DNA of 53,523 nucleotides from Trypethelium eluteriae (taxonomy: Eukaryota): NCBI GenBank assembly GCA_051942245.1, contig JAVECL010000102.1, forward strand, positions 1-53,523, given 5' to 3'. Numbering within the stretch: the first letter of the stretch is position 1; each line of letters begins with the position of its first letter. The translations under genes and the position numbers were made by a program. Below are positions 46,501 through 53,523 of this stretch, piece after piece. The notes beneath the pieces are model-generated. The model was not told where the DNA came from, did no database searches, and saw only the letters and a program-made list of their open reading frames with translations.

Positions 46501-49500
46501 ATGTCTACGGCTGCCTCACCGTCGGTAGCTCGGAGCTCCTCCACCTCCCGGCGGCCACAACCTTTCAATAGCTCGCCGGAGAAGCCTCACCGAACGCAAT
46601 CGGCGAGCCAGAGAAATACAGGAGCTTCGCCAGCTTCCCCACAGCGAACACAATCCCAAACGCACTCCCGCACTCCTTCGTCACAACAAGCCAATCTCAC
46701 CAATGTCGCCCGACGAGATTATGAGCAGACCAACGTCGCCCAGCCTGCAGCGACCTCTCGTCGAAGCATGTCCCGAGACAGGGGTAGTGCTGTACCTCAC
46801 CCGCCCAGAACAGACTCCATGAGAGCAGGTTCACGCCAACGAACATCATCTGCGACGAGACATCAGCGGTATGGTTCTGATGCACAAAATCCGTCTGCGC
46901 CGGTGGACGGGGTTGCGGCTGAGAGTGGTAGTGGACGGCCTGCACCGGGCAGCAGTGGCTCACAACAAAGGCGACGTACTGCAATCACCGCTCAGACGGG
47001 GCAATGGACGCTCGGCAAGACGATTGGCGCTGGTAGCATGGGCAAAGTGAAGTTGGCACGTAATCAAGAGACTGGTGAACAGGTATACAAGCACTGTACA
47101 TGATCCTATGGCGAAAATTGTCTCACTATGCACACAGGTGGCTGTTAAAATCGTTCCTCGTCAATCGACTGATGAACACCGCTCCGCAGCCGACAGAGAG
47201 CGGGCAGACCATTCCAAAGAGATTCGCACCGCGAGAGAAGCTGCCATTGTGACATTGGTCAATCATCCTTACATCTGCGGAATGCGTGATGTCGTTCGGA
47301 CGAATTATCACTGGTATATGCTTTTTGAATACGTCAACGGGGGACAGATGCTCGATTACATCATTTCTCACGGCAAACTAAAGGAGAAACAAGCTCGGAA
47401 GTTCGGACGCCAGATTGCGAGCGCTCTAGACTACTGTCACCGCAACAGTATTGTCCACAGAGACTTGAAGATTGAGAACATTCTCATCAGTAAAACGGGT
47501 GACATTAAGATTATCGACTTCGGACTTAGCAATCTATTCGCCCCTCGAAATCATTTGAAGACCTTCTGTGGCAGTCTTTACTTCGCGGCACCTGAGCTTC
47601 TACAGGCAAAACAATACACGGGCCCAGAAGTCGACATCTGGAGCTTTGGTATTGTATTGTATGTACTTGTTTGTGGAAAAGTCCCCTTTGACGATCAGAG
47701 CATGCCACAGCTGCATACGAAGATCAAGAAAGGTGTCGTAGACTATCCTGCTTGGCTCTCAGCTGGTGAGAAAACCACCGAAGAACATCCCCAGGATTTG
47801 ACGCTAATGGCACTACAGAATGCAAAAGTCTCATCGGGAGGATGCTAGTCACAGACCCCTCGAGGCGCGCAAGTCTCGCCGAGATCATGAATCATCCTTG
47901 GCTTACCAAAGGCTATGGTGGCCCTCCAGATAATTTCCTTCCTCCCAGGCTTCCTCTACAGCTTCCATTGGACAACCGCGTGATTGACAAAATGACGGGT
48001 TTTGACTTTGGCTCGGCAGACTATATCACCAGGGAACTCACTCGGGTTCTAGAGTCCGACGAATACGAGTCTGCCCTTCGAGCCCTCGACCGGAAGAAAA
48101 AAGAAGAACCTACAGATACAGATCGAAAGAAGAGCGTCTTCGACTTCTACAAGCGACGAAACTCCATGTCACGGGACACACTGACAAATCCGTCCTCCGA
48201 AGGCCTACAACTTGGGTACGACCCAGTTAATGCTTTCAGTCCTCTAATCTCTGTTTACTATCTGGTTCGGGAGAAGCAAGAGCGAGAGTTCCAGGAAGCG
48301 AATCCTGGTGCCCTTCAGCTACCAATTTCTCCTGGTCAGCAACCACTTCAAATGCCGGATTTGCCTGCGCCAGAATCCGCATACACAAATGCCAACACGT
48401 ATGAGATGAAGGGTGAAGCCCCAACAGGTGGCCGTACAAGACCACGAGCACGAACCCATGGCGAGGATGAAGTGACAGGGGAGACGGAGAAACTAAAAGT
48501 CCATAGTCCTGGTGCACCTCCTTCTCCAGCCATCGTAACACCGCCAAATGAGCAGCCACCTGCGAAACGGGAGAACGCTGCTGTCGGTTTACTGCGCCGT
48601 CTAAGTACACGCAGGTCGAAAGAGCCGGATCGAACCCGGCCGCACAACGCTCCACCACCGTCACTAGCAGTTTCAAGCCCTAATGAGGCTACCGGACCTC
48701 CACCCCGAAAAAGCTTTAGCGTTCGAAGGCCGAAGGACCGAGAACACCCACCACCGTCGCTCGCTCGGGTGGGCGGCGGTAGTCAGGTCGACCAGTCTGG
48801 CCTCTTGTCTCCTCCTGGTTCCAGGACTGGAAAGCTGAAAGGACTTGCGAGATCTACCAGTGTTAACTCTGCCGACATGCGCAGGCGTTTATCACGACGT
48901 GTAGCCTCCGAAGCAACACCGGCATCGCACGAGCGTGAACCTCCTGCTACGAGTGAATCTGACAATTCTAGCATCGCCGTCACGAAGAATCGCCCTGGAG
49001 ATGCAGCATCTGACGATCAAGGAGCTGGCCGCAGTCGAGCACCAACTTCACGCGCCAAATCCCTCGGACATGCAAGACGCGAAGGCATCCAGGCGAGGAG
49101 AGCTCAACGGGAGCAGGCGATGCAATCAAATGTGCTGGAAGCGACGGACGAGGAGGCTGTTGCTGAAGAAGTTGAGACTGCCCCAAAAGAAAGTCTGGGT
49201 TCGGAGGGCATGAAGCCGGTCTACCTCAAGGGTCTATTCAGTGTCTCCACAACAAGCAACCGGCCCCTACCTTTTATACGGACAGACATAATCCGTGTCT
49301 TGAAACAACTTGGTGTGCAGTATCACGAAATCAAGGGCGGATTCAGCTGCAAACATTCACCCAGCATCGATCTGAGCCATGAAAAGCGGCCTGTTGGTGA
49401 GAGCATGCCTACTAGTCCGGCACAAGGAACGACTGGTAGCGGGACACCACATCGACGCAAAATCAGCTTTGGTGGATTTATGGGTGGTGACCGGGATCGC

Positions 49501-49839
49501 GAAGAATTTCGAGCACAGCATACCCCGCAAACGCCACGGTCCACACCAAAAGTGAAAGCTACTCCCGACCGTAGCTGTCCAGGATCGGAAGACTCGGACG
49601 AGAGCGAGGGACAGGAAGCTCAGCTAAACCAGCCCCGGTCGGCGAGACAGCGAGCCCCGGGAGAGACGTCCACACACGTCAGAGACGATACGGGCTCCAA
49701 CATGGCACTCAAATTCGAGATCCTGGTTGTGAAGGTGCCTTTGTTGAGTCTGCACGGGATTCAGTTCAAGAAAGTTGACGGAGGGACGTGGCAGTACAAG
49801 AACATGGCACAAACCATTCTCGGCGAGCTCAGACTATGA
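46501..49839 (+). CDS. KIN1: Ser/Thr kinase Kin1/Kin2 (MARK/PAR-1 family); introns 47083-47137, 47766-47818
   Basis: [70 protein letters not shown] and a KA1 C-terminus ([41 protein letters not shown]). Confidence 0.97.
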
Positions 49840-50643
49840 TGGAGTAGTCGAAGGTACAGTACAGCTTCTCCTCCGAAAATCGTTCCATCGGCGATTGCGT
49901 GAGAAATTTCCCATAGAAAGGTACATAACGACGTTGCATGGCGCTGGTGATATGGGTGTCTCTCGGAAATGGCGTTTCTTTGATGAACGTCTATGACAGT
50001 GTTGTCTTCTATCATTGTAGTGAGCATTGTAATTCGAACCCTGCTTCAATTCTTTTATTGTGGAGCAACATTGGGCGATGCACGTGTCGGGCAACGATGT
50101 GATCCCAAGAGAATTTCCACAAACAGCTAGACATGGCAATTCCCAGCCCCCTCAAATCCATCCTGCATATGCCACCTGATTTGGCGAACAATGTGTAGAG
50201 GTCATGAATAGAGTGAAGTGACTGTGCTGCTTCATAAATAGGCAGCCCCGGCACTGCATACCACCCGTTTGCTACGAGCAGCTGCAACTCTTTCCCTCCT
50301 GCCAATTGCACGCTTTGCCTCTCTTGCTCTTCATCTGCAGGCTCATTTCGATTTCTTTCCGCCTTCTGTGGTCTCTGGTCTCCCGAAAAGAGTAAGGATG
50401 GCGGCTGTTTCGAAGAGGTTCGACGCAGGGATGCAGGGACCCCAGCAATTCGTCTCCACTTCGCCCGAGCTCGAGCGCCGTCTCGACTTCGACGCCAAAG
50501 CATTGCTCCTCTCCCTCTTGGAGCGCTCCAAGCCGTTCACTCCGCAGAAATCCAACCGCCGTGTCGTCTCTGTCGATCAGCTCTCCTCTTCCAGCTCGAG
50601 TTCTTGGTCCACTACCATCAATCCTCTGTCCGATGCCGATAAC

Positions 50644-51900
50644 ATGCTGACCTCGCAGCACGTCTATTCCCACCAGCAGCAGTATCCCCAACAGCACAAC
50701 GACTGGCACCAAGGACCCCACCATGTAGCCCAGGAACATGCACGCGCTCAGGCAGCCCAGGCAGTAGCTCAACAGCACTCGTATGGCCGACTGAGCGCGA
50801 ACAATATCAATGGCGCCGGCGACCATGCCCCAAGTCCTGCCAACGCGAACCAGGACGGGATCATGAACGATGACAACAAGCGCGTGCTGGAGTACATTGC
50901 GCAGCTTATGAATGTGAATACAAGGGAAGCGGCACTGCTTGAGCTGAGCAAGAAGCGGGAACAGGTACCGGAATTAGCTTTGGTGCTCTGGCACTCATTT
51001 GGTATGTGAACGCGAGACAGCTTGGAGATGGGAGCAAAGCGACTAATCCGGTCTTGATTCTAGGTGTCATGACTTCTTTACTCCAGGAAATCATCTCGGT
51101 ATATCCTCTTCTCAACCCGTCGCAGCTCACGGCCGCCGCCTCCAACCGTGTCTGCAATGCGTTGGCTTTACTCCAATGTGTGGCTTCGCACACCGAAACT
51201 CGTGCACTATTCCTGCAAGGTTTGTTCACGACCATATCTTCAGCCGTTCACCGGACAGCTATACTGATAGGTCGTCCAGCACACATCCCTCTCTTCCTTT
51301 ATCCATTCCTCAATACCACGTCAAAATCCCGCCCCTTCGAATATCTTCGTTTGACCTCCCTCGGGGTCATCGGAGCGCTCGTGAAAAATGACTCATCCGA
51401 AGTTATCAACTTCCTGTTGACTACAGAAATAATTCCCCTCTGCCTTCGCATTATGGAAACAGGATCCGAGCTCAGCAAGACCGTCGCGATCTTCATCGTA
51501 CAGAAGATTCTACTTGACGATGTTGGTCTGAGCTACATATGCCAGACCTACGAGCGCTTCTATGCCGTCGGTACCGTCTTGAGCAATATGGTGAGCCAAT
51601 TGGTGGAGCAGCAGACCGTGAGACTGCTCAAGCATGTCGTTAGGTGCTTCTTGAGGTATACTATATGCTTGCACTCCCTTTGTCTCTTCACGCACTAACA
51701 CTCAAACCCACAGATTGAGTGACAATGTCCGTGCTCGCGAAGCTCTTCGCCAATGCCTTCCTGAACCTCTTCGAGATGGCACTTTCCAATCTGTGCTCCG
51801 CGACGACGCTGCGACCAAGCGCTGCCTTACGCAGCTGCTCTTTGCGCTAAGTGATGGCGTTGCCGATCCGAGCGTCAGTCAAGGCCTACTTCAACAATAG
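50644..51900 (+). CDS. RCD1: CCR4-NOT subunit Rcd1/Caf40/NOT9; introns 51002-51063, 51220-51279, 51656-51713
   Basis: [118 protein letters not shown]. The start is uncertain because in-frame upstream ATGs exist at 50398 and 50431. Confidence 0.95.
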
Positions 51901-53373
51901 TTCAATATGAGGCGATATTGATCAATGTCTCGATCTATGGTTGAGCACTTACGTTCAAGGATTGCGCACGAACGACCACGACACCAATACCCGCTCACCC
52001 AATCTTCAAACACGTAACTTGTGGAGAAGAGAAGGAGTTGATACTGTATCATATTCATCTGCATAGCGCTCGGGATTGAACATATGAAAAAATCGGATAG
52101 GGAGTTGGGGACAGGCCTCATTTCCACACGGGAGGACGGCGACATCCCTTACTGTCTCTAAATTTTCTTTCTTTCACTGCAAACGACTGTTACCCCCAAC
52201 TTCCTGCAGCAGAGATACCTCCTGCAACAGATACCCAATGACCCGGAAGAATCGGATCTGCTATTTTCTCCTTATATTTTTCTTTCTTATACCTATATTT
52301 GCCCCATTTTCTTTTCTACGGAGGATCGTTGCTTGAATGCTTTACGACGCATCACGGAACTCTTAAAGACTCACAAACCTGGCGATGCAAGTACTAGGAA
52401 AAGAGACCACGAAACCTAAGTGCGGAGCTCTGCGCTCTGCAATGTACTATTGACGGACTGGACACCTCTGCCTTCTGATTTTTATCTTTTATCTTTCATC
52501 CTTTATCCACCAAGCTGACTGTTCATCTCTCTCCCATGGCTTTGCCCCCAGGTAACGCCGAAACGGGAGAGGAGGAGGGGAGCCGTCTGAAACAAGAAAG
52601 AAACCCACAAAAAATATGGACCCGCGAATTGGCTACTGTTGAGCAGCAGCTCATGCGTAACGACCTGTAAGGCGCTTCGGGATGACCCAAAAAATAATTC
52701 TGAGAGCATAAGTGGAGCATGGCGGATATGACCGGCTGTTTTATCTCTTCGGTGAAGATTTCTTTCCTTTTCCCTTCTACCTAACTAAGCTCGTCGTTCT
52801 TGGTGGCAGAGATATTAGAGTAGATTGTGTAGATAGGCGTTTTCTCAATCAATGATGCTTTCTCCAAAATCCCCGATAATCGTACAAGCACAGAAGCTAG
52901 ACCTCTGTAGAGTTATCGGACGCTGGAGTAGACTCGCAAGGACGCTACCCCGACTAGCATAGCAAGTCGTGGATGAAAGCTTCCCAATTTTTCGGAGAAG
53001 ACTTTCGAAGATCCATTCCACTTACCCTTCAATTTCTCTCGTATGGATGTAGGTGTACGACCCTGCTAGGGCCCAATGCCTGGATGGCATCTTGCCTATC
53101 CGAGAAGTCAAAGCAAAGGGGATCAGTAGAATAGGCCCGGATTTCACGTCCGCAACTGATGGAGACGGAAGGGTAGCAAAGAAGGGACCAAATTAATAGA
53201 GTCCACTACGCCGAGCCAACGTTTTCGTCCGTCTCTCTAGAATAATTGCGTACCTGTTGCTTCAAAATCGTAATTCCAACAATGCAAACAAACTGACAAT
53301 CCCACCTCTGGGGTCATTGACCAAGAGCCTTCTCAACCGCGCCAGACCACGACCATATCTCAGCCCCAAAACC

Positions 53374-53523
53374 TCAACGAAACCCCTGCGCCCTCTTCAC
53401 CTTCTTCCTCACCGGCTGAAGTCCTCTCCCTCCAAACCTGCCCGGCTCAACCTGACTCGCCACCGCCAATCCCGGCGCCCGACTCTGCGACTCACCCAGC
53501 TGTGTCCCTGCTCCCTCCGCCTG
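53374..53523 (-). CDS. Probable 3' end of a gene entering from beyond the right edge
   Basis: The open frame from the edge reads QAEGAGTQLGESQSRAPGLAVASQVEPGRFGGRGLQPVRKKVKRAQGFR*, with G-rich codons like other gene 3' ends in this window. Identity not recognised. Confidence 0.45.
   Translation of the reverse strand, partial: QAEGAGTQLGESQSRAPGLAVASQVEPGRFGGRGLQPVRKKVKRAQGFR

Noticed and set aside
50025..50050. GGTTCGAAT (minus strand) resembling a tRNA T-loop
   Set aside because: The flanks do not pair into a T-stem and there is no cloverleaf or A-box.
51901..53370. Long non-coding stretch with short ORFs after RCD1
   Set aside because: T-rich and pyrimidine-rich tracts fit a long 3' UTR and terminator region. 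No supported gene or RNA structure.

Overview
Gene-dense eukaryotic DNA from a filamentous ascomycete, probably a Dothideomycete (inferred from protein style only). Introns are short GT-AG with CTRAY branch sites. About 21 intact or edge-truncated protein genes can be reconstructed. Housekeeping genes are ERB1 (cut by the left edge), RAD10/ERCC1, MED19/ROX3, EMP24, RPL9, a secretory-pathway monothiol glutaredoxin, a HAK/KUP K+ transporter, LSM8, a GPATCH1-like protein, KIN1 and RCD1/CAF40. Regulators are a Zn2Cys6, a bHLH and a Myb/SANT-like protein. Accessory-type genes are a HeLo-like-N/ankyrin protein lacking a NOD, a HET-6-like protein, an F-box-like protein, a hotdog thioesterase, an MFS transporter and a PhoD-like phosphoesterase. 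A truncated, disrupted cytochrome P450 pseudogene lies in a gene-poor block at about 19-26.7 kb. I found no tRNA, rRNA, CRISPR or recognisable transposon. I see no clear-cut novel system. The best leads are a possible alternative C-terminus of Med19 encoded in its long last intron, the NOD-less HeLo-like/ankyrin architecture, and a decayed metabolic mini-cluster. Exon boundaries were read by eye and family calls come from recalled motifs, not database searches.
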